Source: Streptococcaceae bacterium
GTDB taxonomy: Bacteria; Bacillota; Bacilli; Lactobacillales; Streptococcaceae
Direction of reading: 5' to 3'
Assembly (NCBI GenBank): GCA_031254295.1
Contig: JAIRUS010000046.1
Location: 2,973 to 66,972 of the forward strand
Length of the DNA: 64,000 nucleotides
Under the pieces are notes generated by a model that worked only from the letters and a program-made list of their open reading frames with translations, was not told the DNA's origin and made no database searches. Of the stretch, positions 1 through 8,543 are shown piece by piece (within the stretch, counting starts at the first letter, position 1; every line of letters starts with the position of its first letter). A program made the position numbers and the translations under genes.

Positions 1-451
1 CCATGATCACGATCGCAGGATTTTCGGTGAGGAAGAGATAGCTTTCAAACTCTCCTCCGTCGGAGTAAATGACGGAAAGTCGACTGCAAGGTGCATCAGA
101 TGAAGCAGCGGTCGGAACAATTACGGCAGGAACATGCGCGTAATAAGCAACGGCCTTTGCGCTATCTAAAGTTTTTCCTCCTCCAATTCCGATGATTACA
201 TCAGCCCCATCAAGAGCCGCAAGGTGTCTGTCAATTTCATTCTTTGAACATTCTCCCCCAAAGAGATTAAAGGTTTGAGGAAGATTTTGACTTATAAAAC
301 TTGATAAAATATCAGCTTGATAAGTCTTAGCGATAAATGGATCAACCAAAATATAAGCTTTTTTTCCTTTTAGACTGGAATAATTAGCCAATTTTGTGAT
401 CTCGCCGTCTCCGATAATGAAGCTACCAGGAGAGCAAATGATTTTTGTCAT
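1..451 (-). CDS. gldA: Glycerol dehydrogenase (iron-containing ADH family); 5' part only, runs off the window edge
   Basis: Manual translation: MTKIICSPGSFIIG...VIIGIGGGKTLDSAKAVAYYAHVPAVIVPTAASSDAPCSRLSVIYSDGGEFESYLFLTENPAIVIM. ATG at 451 with AGAAAGG RBS. Not in the ORF track. Confidence 0.9.
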   Translation of the reverse strand, partial: MTKIICSPGSFIIGDGEITKLANYSSLKGKKAYILVDPFIAKTYQADILSSFISQNLPQTFNLFGGECSKNEIDRHLAALDGADVIIGIGGGKTLDSAKAVAYYAHVPAVIVPTAASSDAPCSRLSVIYSDGGEFESYLFLTENPAIVIM

Positions 452-667
452 GTGAAAAGCCTTTCTTTTTTGTATCTTGGCTGTATTATAATACTTAATC
501 AGTTAAAAGACAAAGATATTAAAAATGTTTTCACATGTTCAAAAGGTTGTAACCAGCCCAAACTCGATTATTCGTCTGTGTGTGGTAAACTCGTGTTCTA
601 TAACACAAAAAAGTGTACAAGAGCAATTTTTGCAACTATAGAATAATCGCTAAAGAATACGTTGAAT

Positions 668-681
668 TGAAAGCGGTTTTT
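668..681 (+). promoter_or_regulatory. Candidate cre (CcpA) site upstream of the PTS gene
   Basis: TGAAAGCGGTTTTT, a partial match to TGWAARCGYTWNCA. Confidence 0.5.
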
Positions 682-722
682 TGATAATATTTGACCAAGT
701 CATTAATAGGAGAAGGAGAAAT

Positions 723-2828
723 ATGATGCGGTTAAAAAAGGAGCAAGCTGAGGCGAAACTTTACGCACCTGTTTCAGGTGAGATGGTTCCCTTAGATAAG
801 GTTTCAGATCAAACATTTGCATCTAAAATGCTGGGAGACGGATTTGCGATTGAACCTTCGGATAGAAAAATTGTGAGTCCCGTATCTGGAACAATCAGTG
901 TGCAACAGGGACATGCGATTGGGATTCAAAGTGAGGAAGGACTTGAAATTCTGATTCACTTGGGAATTGATACAGTAGCTTTAAAAGGGACTCCATTCAA
1001 TATCAAAGCTCGGGTTGGAGATAAAGTTCAGGTGGGGGCACTTCTTGGAGAAGTGGACTGGGAGCAAGTAGACGCAGCATCTATCCCTAAAACTACACTT
1101 GTAATCATTACTAACACGGCAGATAAACTTGAGAAAATTTCAGCTGCTACAGGAAAAGTTATCGCTGGAAAAGAAGCAGCCAGATGTGAATTGAAACAGT
1201 CAAAATCAGAAGTTAAAAAGGCTGGAAAGGCAACGGGTTACCTTCAAAAATTAGGTAAGTCTCTCATGATGCCGATTCCGATCATTGCGGCAGCAGGAAT
1301 TTTCTTGGGGCTTGCGAGTGTTCTGCAAAATCCCAATATTGTAGGCCCAGCTTTTGTGGCCAATCTTGATGCGCAAAATGTCATTGGATTTATCAAAACG
1401 ATTATCGCAGCCTTATTTGCGAATTTGCCGATTTTGTTTGCAGTTTCAGTGACTATCGGTTTGGCCAAAGCTGAAAAAGCCAATGCAGCCTTTTCATCCG
1501 TCGTTGCCTTCTTGTTGATGCATGTCACGATTAGTTACATGCTGAGCCTTAAGGGAATCACAGCAGCAACTTATTCGGTTGATTTGTTAGTGAAGAGTGG
1601 GCAGTCAGTTTTAGAGGCAACAAAGGCTGTTTCCATGTATACGAGTGTCCTCGGTGTCTTTTCTTTCAATATGAATGTCTTTGGCGGCGTACTCGCTGGT
1701 GTGCTTGCGGCGGCTATTCATAACCGCTTCTATAAGACAGAGCTTCCAATGGCTATTTCTTATTTTGGCGGCAAACGGCTTGTGCCAATTATGACCACAC
1801 TTTTTGCACCAGTCCTTGGTGTGATTCTTTACTTTGTCTGGCCCTTCATTGGGACAGGCATTCAGAGTCTCGGAGAAATTATTGCCTCAGCTGGGCTGTT
1901 TGGAACCTTTATCTTTGGAATGCTGGAGCGTTTGCTCATCCCTACAGGCCTGCACAATATCCTCAATCAAATGGTTCGTTTCACACCAATTGGGGGTTCA
2001 GCGACCATTGACGGCAAACAATTTGTTGGCGCTTTGAATATTTTCAACGCTTTACTTGCTCAGGGGCATCCTAATATGGAAATCATGCGTTCGGCAACGC
2101 GCTTCCTTGCTCAAGGTAAGATTCCTTACATGATGTTTGGACTTCCAGCGGCTGCGTTAGCAATGTACCGCACGGCTTTACCAGAAAATAAGAAAAAAGT
2201 GGGCGCTCTGCTCTTTGCAGCAGCCTTGACGTCATTTACTACAGGGATTACAGAGCCCATTGAATTTCTGTTTATCTTCATCTCTCCAATTCTGTTTATA
2301 TTCCATGCAATCATGGGGGGCTTGGCCTTCATGCTCACAAACTTATTGGGAGTCGCGATTGGAAATGTTCAAGGGGGAGCCATTGATTTGGGAGTGTTCG
2401 GAGTGCTTCGTGGACTTGATACGCGCTGGTACTTTGAGCTTCTTCTAGGAGCCATTTATGCGCCAGTTTATTATTTCACATTCAAAAAAGTGATTATGTG
2501 GAAAAATCTGAAAACGCCAGGTCGTGAAGTAGAAGAAGATTTGGGAAGTTCCGCCGTCATGGACAACGCTCCAAAATTAACAGGAGACCTAGGACATAAA
2601 ATAATTGCCGCTCTGGGTGGTTTAGGAAATGTTGAATCCATTGACAATTGTTTCACGCGTCTTCGTCTAGTTTTGAATGATGCAAGCAAAATTGACGAAG
2701 AAACTCTGAAATCAACGGGAGCAGTCGGAATCGTCAAGTTGGATTCTAAAAATATTCAAGTTGTTTACGGACCACAAGTTGAATCTATCGCCTTGAAAGT
2801 AAAAGAGGCGGCAGGTCTGTCAGAATAA
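723..2828 (+). CDS. Glucose-family PTS enzyme II, domain order IIA-IIC-IIB
   Basis: IIA motif LIHLGIDTVAL at the N-terminus, IIC (LQKLGKSLMMP...GITEPIEF), C-terminal IIB (IDNCFTRLRL). ATG 723/726 follows an AGGAGAAGGAG RBS; the track start at 681 is too early. Confidence 0.92.
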   Translation: MMRLKKEQAEAKLYAPVSGEMVPLDKVSDQTFASKMLGDGFAIEPSDRKIVSPVSGTISVQQGHAIGIQSEEGLEILIHLGIDTVALKGTPFNIKARVGDKVQVGALLGEVDWEQVDAASIPKTTLVIITNTADKLEKISAATGKVIAGKEAARCELKQSKSEVKKAGKATGYLQKLGKSLMMPIPIIAAAGIFLGLASVLQNPNIVGPAFVANLDAQNVIGFIKTIIAALFANLPILFAVSVTIGLAKAEKANAAFSSVVAFLLMHVTISYMLSLKGITAATYSVDLLVKSGQSVLEATKAVSMYTSVLGVFSFNMNVFGGVLAGVLAAAIHNRFYKTELPMAISYFGGKRLVPIMTTLFAPVLGVILYFVWPFIGTGIQSLGEIIASAGLFGTFIFGMLERLLIPTGLHNILNQMVRFTPIGGSATIDGKQFVGALNIFNALLAQGHPNMEIMRSATRFLAQGKIPYMMFGLPAAALAMYRTALPENKKKVGALLFAAALTSFTTGITEPIEFLFIFISPILFIFHAIMGGLAFMLTNLLGVAIGNVQGGAIDLGVFGVLRGLDTRWYFELLLGAIYAPVYYFTFKKVIMWKNLKTPGREVEEDLGSSAVMDNAPKLTGDLGHKIIAALGGLGNVESIDNCFTRLRLVLNDASKIDEETLKSTGAVGIVKLDSKNIQVVYGPQVESIALKVKEAAGLSE

Positions 2829-2950
2829 ATCAAAGAAGCACGGGACGTCCGACCCACGTGCTTCTAGGGGGAATCCCTATGGGACCTGTCCTATGATTTG
2901 AAGAAGGAAGGAAAGCAGAAATAAGCTTGTTTCCGCCTCTCTTCCATCGT

Positions 2951-2976
2951 AAAAACGCGACTCGCGTCGCGTTTTT
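2951..2976. terminator. Bidirectional intrinsic terminator between the PTS gene and rpiR
   Basis: AAAAACGCGAC-TCGC-GTCGCGTTTTT. Confidence 0.8.
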
Positions 2977-3709
2977 AATTATAAGTCGCAAGATATTCCC
3001 TAAAAATAAGGCTCACGATATAGGTGAAGGAGAGGCGACTGGCCATGTCTAGTCCATTGATGAGTGTATTATCCGTCATCGCATAGAGTTGAAGATCTGA
3101 AAGCTTGGACAGGCTATTCTGCGAGAATCCAGTGATTGAGATGACTTTGGCAGAGTTTGCTTTGGCAATTGTCGCTGGAATTAAGACATTTTCTTGTTCT
3201 CCAGAAATTGAAAAACTAATCAGTAAATCTTTTTGAGTTAATTTTTTCGCCGCATATTTGACCATGTGGGGATCGACAAAAAGTTGAGAATTTTTACCTA
3301 AAACTTCCAGATAAAAATGAAATTCTTCAGCAGGAAAACGTGAAAGACCTAAGCCGTCCACCAAAATTTTATCAGACTCATGAATGAGGACTAGAACTTG
3401 TTTGATAAGCTCATCATTGAGTAACTGCTTGGTTTTGATAATTTGCTCATCGAGGCTAGTCGTTTCAAGCAGAGTCTGACCATCTTGTCGCGCAGCCTTA
3501 AGATTTTCCCTAAAGCTAGTATAGCCAGAAAAACCTAGCTTTTTAACCAGTCTTATAATTGTATTCGGACTGGTAAAATGTTTGACTGCAATGTCTCTAA
3601 CTGTAGGACTTTTTACTTCGGAGCGATTGTCAAGCAAATCTTGCAAAATCTCTTCTTCAAAGGAATTTAATTTATTCCGATTAGCTTTTAACACATCATA
3701 AAAGAACAT
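2975..3709 (-). CDS. RpiR/MurR-family regulator (HTH + SIS)
   Basis: TVRDIAVKHFTSPNTIIRLVKKLGFSGY; SIS motif ISFSISGE. Likely ATG at 3709 with GAGGT RBS. Confidence 0.9.
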   Translation of the reverse strand: MFFYDVLKANRNKLNSFEEEILQDLLDNRSEVKSPTVRDIAVKHFTSPNTIIRLVKKLGFSGYTSFRENLKAARQDGQTLLETTSLDEQIIKTKQLLNDELIKQVLVLIHESDKILVDGLGLSRFPAEEFHFYLEVLGKNSQLFVDPHMVKYAAKKLTQKDLLISFSISGEQENVLIPATIAKANSAKVISITGFSQNSLSKLSDLQLYAMTDNTLINGLDMASRLSFTYIVSLIFREYLATYN

Positions 3710-3721
3710 AAGGACCTCACC

Positions 3722-5374
3722 ATGAAATTTATAGAACAATTATATCAGAAATTAGCAGAAGTCTACTCAGGCCAAAAGCTAGAAGAAGCAAGAATAGCCT
3801 TTGAAGAGCTGGTTGAGGACTACTCAAAGCAGACTTTTTCAGAACGTGCACCCTTATCAGAAAAAAATGTTTATTTGATTACTTATGGGGATGCTTTTGT
3901 AGACGGCGATAGAAAAGGCTTATCAGTTCTTAAGGACGTTGTAGATAATAAACTGTCGGATACAGTCACAGATATTCATTTGCTTCCAATGTTTCCTTAT
4001 ACGAGCGATGATGGTTTTTCAGTAAGGGATTATGAGCAAATTAATTCTATCCTTGGAGATTGGAGGGATGTTAAGAGGCTTTCAGATGATTATCGCCTAA
4101 TGTTTGATTTTGTGGCCAACCATATGTCGCAATCAAGTGACTGGTTTCAGAAATTTTTGAATCAAGAGCCAGATTTTTCGGAGGCTTTCATCAAATTTGA
4201 TGAAAAGTTTGATAGCTCAAATGTCACACGCCCGAGGGTTTCTCCACTTTTCCATACTTATAAAAATGGACTGAAGGTTTGGACGACTTTTTCAGAGGAT
4301 CAGGTAGATGTTAATGCACAAGAGGTGAAGATGCTGGTAAGGCTGACTAAGATTCTGCTTGACTATGCAGCCAAGGGAGCAAGCAGCATTAGATTAGACG
4401 CAATTGGCTTCTTATGGAAAGAATCAGGCACGACTTGTATGCATCGGCCGCAAACTCATGCGATCATTCAGCTTTGGCGCTTACTGCTTGAAGAATTTGC
4501 ACCGAATACTCAAATAATAACAGAAACTAATGTGCCACATAAGGACAACGTTGCTTACTTTGGTAACGGAAATAATGAAGCGCAGCAAGTCTATCAATTC
4601 CCACTGCCTCCACTAGTATTACATACTTTTATCACAGGAAATAGCGAAAAGTTATCTGGTTGGGCAAAAGGCATAGAGCATGTGAGCCAAACAGCTAGTT
4701 ACTTTAATTTTTTAGCGAGTCATGATGGAATTGGATTACGTCCGACGGAAGGGATTTTATCAGACGAGGAGCGAGCACAACTTGTCGAACGCGTACTGGA
4801 AAACGGAGGTAAAGTTTCCTATAAAAATAATCCAGATGGCTCAGAATCAGTTTATGAGATGAATATCAATTTTTCCGAGGCGTTGAAAGAGGGAGAAAAT
4901 GATAAGTGGGTAACAGATAAAATGCTCGCTGCACATCATATTCTGCTTTCTGTAATTGGAGTTCCGGCTATTTATTATCACTCAATTTTTGGTTCAAAAA
5001 ATGATTACAAAGGCTTAAAGGAATCTGGGATAAATCGGCGAATAAATCGTGAAAAATTAGATATGCAGCAATTGTTTAACAGCTTAGAAGACGATGTTTA
5101 TCGAAAGGAGATATACCAAGGCATTCAGCGAATGATTAGAGTTCGGCAAAAAGAAATTGCCTTCAATCCTTATGGAAGCCAGAAGATTCTTGACTTGGGG
5201 AGTGGATGCTTTGGCGTGTTGAGAGAATTTAAAGGGCAACAAATTATTTGTGTCACGAATGTGACAAAGGAAAAACAAACATTGGGTGATTATGCGGGCT
5301 ATGATCTCATTTCTGAAAGGAAAGTTCAAGAACTTGGAGTCTATGAAACAGTTTGGATAAAGGAAGTCAGATGA
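3722..5374 (+). CDS. GH13_18 sucrose-phosphorylase-family enzyme, YcjM/glucosylglycerate-phosphorylase-like
   Basis: Motifs LITYGD, HLLPMFPYTSDDGFS, FDFVANH, RLDAIGFLWKESGT, ITETNVPHKDN, NFLASHDGIG, YEMNINF closely follow E. coli YcjM as I recall it. Confidence 0.85.
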   Translation: MKFIEQLYQKLAEVYSGQKLEEARIAFEELVEDYSKQTFSERAPLSEKNVYLITYGDAFVDGDRKGLSVLKDVVDNKLSDTVTDIHLLPMFPYTSDDGFSVRDYEQINSILGDWRDVKRLSDDYRLMFDFVANHMSQSSDWFQKFLNQEPDFSEAFIKFDEKFDSSNVTRPRVSPLFHTYKNGLKVWTTFSEDQVDVNAQEVKMLVRLTKILLDYAAKGASSIRLDAIGFLWKESGTTCMHRPQTHAIIQLWRLLLEEFAPNTQIITETNVPHKDNVAYFGNGNNEAQQVYQFPLPPLVLHTFITGNSEKLSGWAKGIEHVSQTASYFNFLASHDGIGLRPTEGILSDEERAQLVERVLENGGKVSYKNNPDGSESVYEMNINFSEALKEGENDKWVTDKMLAAHHILLSVIGVPAIYYHSIFGSKNDYKGLKESGINRRINREKLDMQQLFNSLEDDVYRKEIYQGIQRMIRVRQKEIAFNPYGSQKILDLGSGCFGVLREFKGQQIICVTNVTKEKQTLGDYAGYDLISERKVQELGVYETVWIKEVR

Positions 5375-6180
5375 TGCATCTTAAAATGCTAGTCACCGAT
5401 ATGGACGGAACTTTCTTGCGAGAAGATAAAAGCTATGATGAGAAACGATTTGAAAAAATCTTAATAGAGTTAGAGAAACGAGGTATTATTTTTGTTGTCG
5501 CCAGTGGAAATCAAATTTTCCGCCTCAAAGAATACTTTCAGAACTTTTCAAACAGAATTATTTATATTGCAGAAAACGGAGCCCAAGTATGGATAGACAA
5601 TGAGATGCTTTTTTCAGAAAAACTGGCAAGAGAACTCGTGCTTAATGTAAGCTGCGCAATTCTAGAACACCCCAAAATGGAAGGGAGAAAAGTTCTTCTT
5701 TCTGGCGAAAAGGGAGCTTACCTCTTGAACTCTGCCGATGAAGCCTATAAGAAAAAAATGAGTCGTTTTTATCGACAAATAAACTATGTCGAGGATTTCT
5801 CAAAGGTAGATGACGAGATTGTCAAGATAACAATGAACCTCCAAAATGAAAACTTAGGTGAAGTTGAAAAGTTTTTGAATACAATTCAGGGAGTAAGAGC
5901 AACAACAAGTGGCTTCCAGTCAATAGATGTAATCAAATCTGGAATTTCGAAAGCTAGTAGAATAAAATTTTTGGAAGACTATTTCAAAATTTCCTCGAAA
6001 GAAATTGCAGCCTTTGGAGATAATCTGAATGATAAAGAAATGCTAATGAGAGTAGCCTACCCATTTGCGACAGAAAATGCCGTTAACGCCATAAAAGAAA
6101 TAGCCCGAGAAGTTACCCCCTCTTGTGAAGAACAAGGAGTCTTAACCAAAATTGAAGAACTCCTAAAAAGCAATATATAG
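5371..6180 (+). CDS. Cof-type HAD-IIB sugar-phosphate phosphatase
   Basis: DMDGTFL, ASGN, GISKA, FGDNLNDKEM. ATGA overlap with the upstream stop. Confidence 0.9.
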   Translation: MMHLKMLVTDMDGTFLREDKSYDEKRFEKILIELEKRGIIFVVASGNQIFRLKEYFQNFSNRIIYIAENGAQVWIDNEMLFSEKLARELVLNVSCAILEHPKMEGRKVLLSGEKGAYLLNSADEAYKKKMSRFYRQINYVEDFSKVDDEIVKITMNLQNENLGEVEKFLNTIQGVRATTSGFQSIDVIKSGISKASRIKFLEDYFKISSKEIAAFGDNLNDKEMLMRVAYPFATENAVNAIKEIAREVTPSCEEQGVLTKIEELLKSNI

Positions 6181-6213
6181 AGTTAATAGAAAACGAAGAA
6201 ATAAGAATGCCCC

Positions 6214-7113
6214 TTATTTCTTAAAGCCATACTTCATCAAAACTTTTCGCTTTCTTTCAACTGAAACTTCAGTATAAATTTCAGTTGTCGTAATGCTTGA
6301 ATGTCCGAGAAGTTCTTGAATATCTCGCAGATTGGCTCCATTATCAAGTAAGCCCGTTGCAAAACCATGACGCAAGTAATGGGGAGTTGCAGCAGGATTT
6401 ACTCTGGCTAAAAGTTTATATTTAGAAAAAATATTTTCAATCGAAAAAATAGACAGCCTTTTCCCGTATTTATTGAGGAAAAAGGCTTTTTCATGCTCGC
6501 TGGGAAAATATTGTTTTCTCATGCTGAGATAAGCTTTGAGGCTACTTTTATCCTTTTTATGGAGAATGTAAAGAATGCGTTCCTTGCGATTTTTACCATG
6601 AATGACGATTTTTCCACTTTGTGCATCATAGTCGCCGAGTCGCATATTGCTGACCTCGCTGATACGTAAGCCAATGCTAACTAAAATATGCAAAATCGCA
6701 AGATTACGTATCTGATCTCGAAGTTTCTTAGGAGAAAGAGAAACAATGTTTTCAGCAGCCGAAAGCAGATTTTGGGTTTCACGAACGGTTAAAGTTCGAG
6801 GGAGCCTTTTTCCCTTACGAATCGCAATATGAGGGAGAGAGGAATCACTTATCAGCTTTTGCTCAAGCAAAAACTTATGAAAAAATTTAAGTGTAATCAA
6901 TTTTCTCTGCTTGGTACTGGCTTTATAATCCTCCTTTCGCTCAACAAATTCCATATAGTCAGCAATCCCTGAGACCAAGGTAAGTTGATGTTCAATGCAA
7001 AAATCTGAAAAAAGATTTAAATCAAAAGCATAGGATTTTAAACTACTAACAGATAAATTTTCCAATTCCTTTTTCTGAATAAAAGTTTCAATAAGTTTTT
7101 CCTTGTAGATCAT
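6214..7113 (-). CDS. Tyrosine recombinase/integrase (XerC/D-like)
   Basis: Complete catalytic set: GLRISE (R), HGKNRKER (K), PHYLRHGFAT (HxxR), LLGH, TEIYT (Y). Confidence 0.92.
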   Translation of the reverse strand: MIYKEKLIETFIQKKELENLSVSSLKSYAFDLNLFSDFCIEHQLTLVSGIADYMEFVERKEDYKASTKQRKLITLKFFHKFLLEQKLISDSSLPHIAIRKGKRLPRTLTVRETQNLLSAAENIVSLSPKKLRDQIRNLAILHILVSIGLRISEVSNMRLGDYDAQSGKIVIHGKNRKERILYILHKKDKSSLKAYLSMRKQYFPSEHEKAFFLNKYGKRLSIFSIENIFSKYKLLARVNPAATPHYLRHGFATGLLDNGANLRDIQELLGHSSITTTEIYTEVSVERKRKVLMKYGFKK

Positions 7114-7170
7114 AGAGTTCTTTCTAATCGAGAGTAATCTGCGCTGAAAGCGCTAATAATATGTTACAAT

Positions 7171-7203
7171 AATCTCAAAATAACTACATATTATTTTGAG
7201 ATT
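7171..7203. repeat. Perfect 13-bp inverted repeat with 7-bp spacer; candidate recombinase site or operator
   Basis: AATCTCAAAATAA-CTACATA-TTATTTTGAGATT, 57 bp upstream of the recombinase start. Confidence 0.75.
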
Positions 7204-7221
7204 CCACAGCAACTATTTGCC

Positions 7222-7250
7222 TTGACCCTCCCCCAAAAAAGTGATAAACT
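7222..7250 (+). promoter_or_regulatory. Sigma-A promoter of the riboswitch-deaminase transcript
   Basis: TTGACC-17 bp-TAAACT with TG extension. Confidence 0.75.
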
Positions 7251-7257
7251 AAGTCAA

Positions 7258-7324
7258 CTTATTTATACCCAGAATATGGCTGGGCGTCTCTACCTCGCAA
7301 CCAATGGAAATGCGGGACAATAAG
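7258..7324 (+). ncRNA. Purine riboswitch aptamer, guanine-type discriminator
   Basis: P1 CTTATT/AATAAG; P2 CCCAG/CTGGG with loop AATATGG; J2/3 GTCTCTAC; P3 CTCGCA/TGCGGG; C at 7318. Confidence 0.85.
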
Positions 7325-7475
7325 GTTGTTTTTTAACAGCTTTTTTGATAATCCAGTTCGCCCAAGCAGAAAACTAGGAAAAAAGATGACTTGGAACCTG
7401 CGCTTTGCGCAGAACCACAAGCTCCCTATTTTTCTACGTTTTCTATCATGCTAGGGCTAACTTTTTATGTAAAGT

Positions 7476-7504
7476 CGCCCTATCTTTTTGGATAGGGCGT
7501 TTTT
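7476..7504 (+). terminator. Leader (attenuator) terminator just upstream of the deaminase start
   Basis: CGCCCTATC-TTTTTG-GATAGGGCG-TTTTT. Confidence 0.75.
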
Positions 7505-7515
7505 GGAAGGAAATT

Positions 7516-8502
7516 ATGGAAAACAAAAAGTCGAACGTTTTAACAGATCTTGCAGAGCTTCATATGCATATTTCGTCTTCGGTCACACCGGAGATTCTTT
7601 GGGATTTGGCACATGAGCAGGGGATGAAGTTGCCTGCGCGTGATTATTTCGAGTTTTCAAGGCTTGTCACAATTGATGGGCAGGTTGGCTATGAGGATTA
7701 CTTGAAGATGTATGATTTACTCGAAGAGATTCAGTCAACGCCTGAGTCGATGTTTCATTTGGCTGAGTCTGTACCGACACATCTCTATCAGCATGATAAT
7801 ATCGACCTAGTCGAGATTCGTATGAATCCGATGTTGCGTTCGCGTGGTGGGAAGATTGATCTTGACCATATCATCGTGTATACTTTGCAAGGCCTTGAAC
7901 GGGCAAGTTTGAAGTTCCCAAAGCTCCGCACAGGTTTGATTTTATCCATGGATCGACGCTTTAGTAAAGAAGTCAATACGATTATTGTAGATAAGGCCAT
8001 CAAATACAAGGATCGTGGCGTTGTCGGGATTGATTTGGCAGGCCCAATTGATCCGAAGTTCTCAATTGACGATATCGCAGGTCTGTCAAAACGTATCCAT
8101 GCTGAGGGGCTTGGTTTGACGATTCATACTGGAGAGGCAACTAAAGCGGATGAGATGTGGGAGGTTGTGCAAAAGCTTCGCCCAAATCGGATTGGGCATG
8201 GCGTGGCGGCTGTGCATGATGAAAATTTGATGAAGTTTTTGGTGGATCATAATATCATTCTGGAAACTTGTCCCTCTTCAAACTTGCAAACACTTGCAGT
8301 CAAGGATTTGGAAGAGATGAAATTCAACTATCGGACCTTGATTGACCACGGTGTGCCTTTTACTATCAATACTGATGGCCCGATTCTGCAAAATACGACT
8401 CTGCCTAAGGAATACCAGATGTTGCTGGATAATAACATCTTGACACTTGAAGAGGCAAAGGCTGCCAATGCGCGCTCTCATGTGGCAACTTTTATCAAAT
8501 GA
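7516..8502 (+). CDS. Adenosine/AMP-deaminase-family metallohydrolase
   Basis: ELHMH, TIHTGE, RIGHG, LETCPSSN, NTDGP. ATG 7516 after AAGGA; the track start lies inside the leader. Confidence 0.85.
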   Translation: MENKKSNVLTDLAELHMHISSSVTPEILWDLAHEQGMKLPARDYFEFSRLVTIDGQVGYEDYLKMYDLLEEIQSTPESMFHLAESVPTHLYQHDNIDLVEIRMNPMLRSRGGKIDLDHIIVYTLQGLERASLKFPKLRTGLILSMDRRFSKEVNTIIVDKAIKYKDRGVVGIDLAGPIDPKFSIDDIAGLSKRIHAEGLGLTIHTGEATKADEMWEVVQKLRPNRIGHGVAAVHDENLMKFLVDHNIILETCPSSNLQTLAVKDLEEMKFNYRTLIDHGVPFTINTDGPILQNTTLPKEYQMLLDNNILTLEEAKAANARSHVATFIK

Positions 8503-8543
8503 TCGAGAATTACCAATTAAAAAATGCCACAGGCGTTTTTTAA

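Noticed and set aside
452-646. 64-aa ORF between gldA and the PTS gene
   Set aside because: Occupies the divergent promoter region, has no RBS, AT-rich low-information sequence.
7405-7515. N-terminal extension of the deaminase given by the ORF track
   Set aside because: Runs through the leader hairpins and terminator; the SD precedes ATG 7516.
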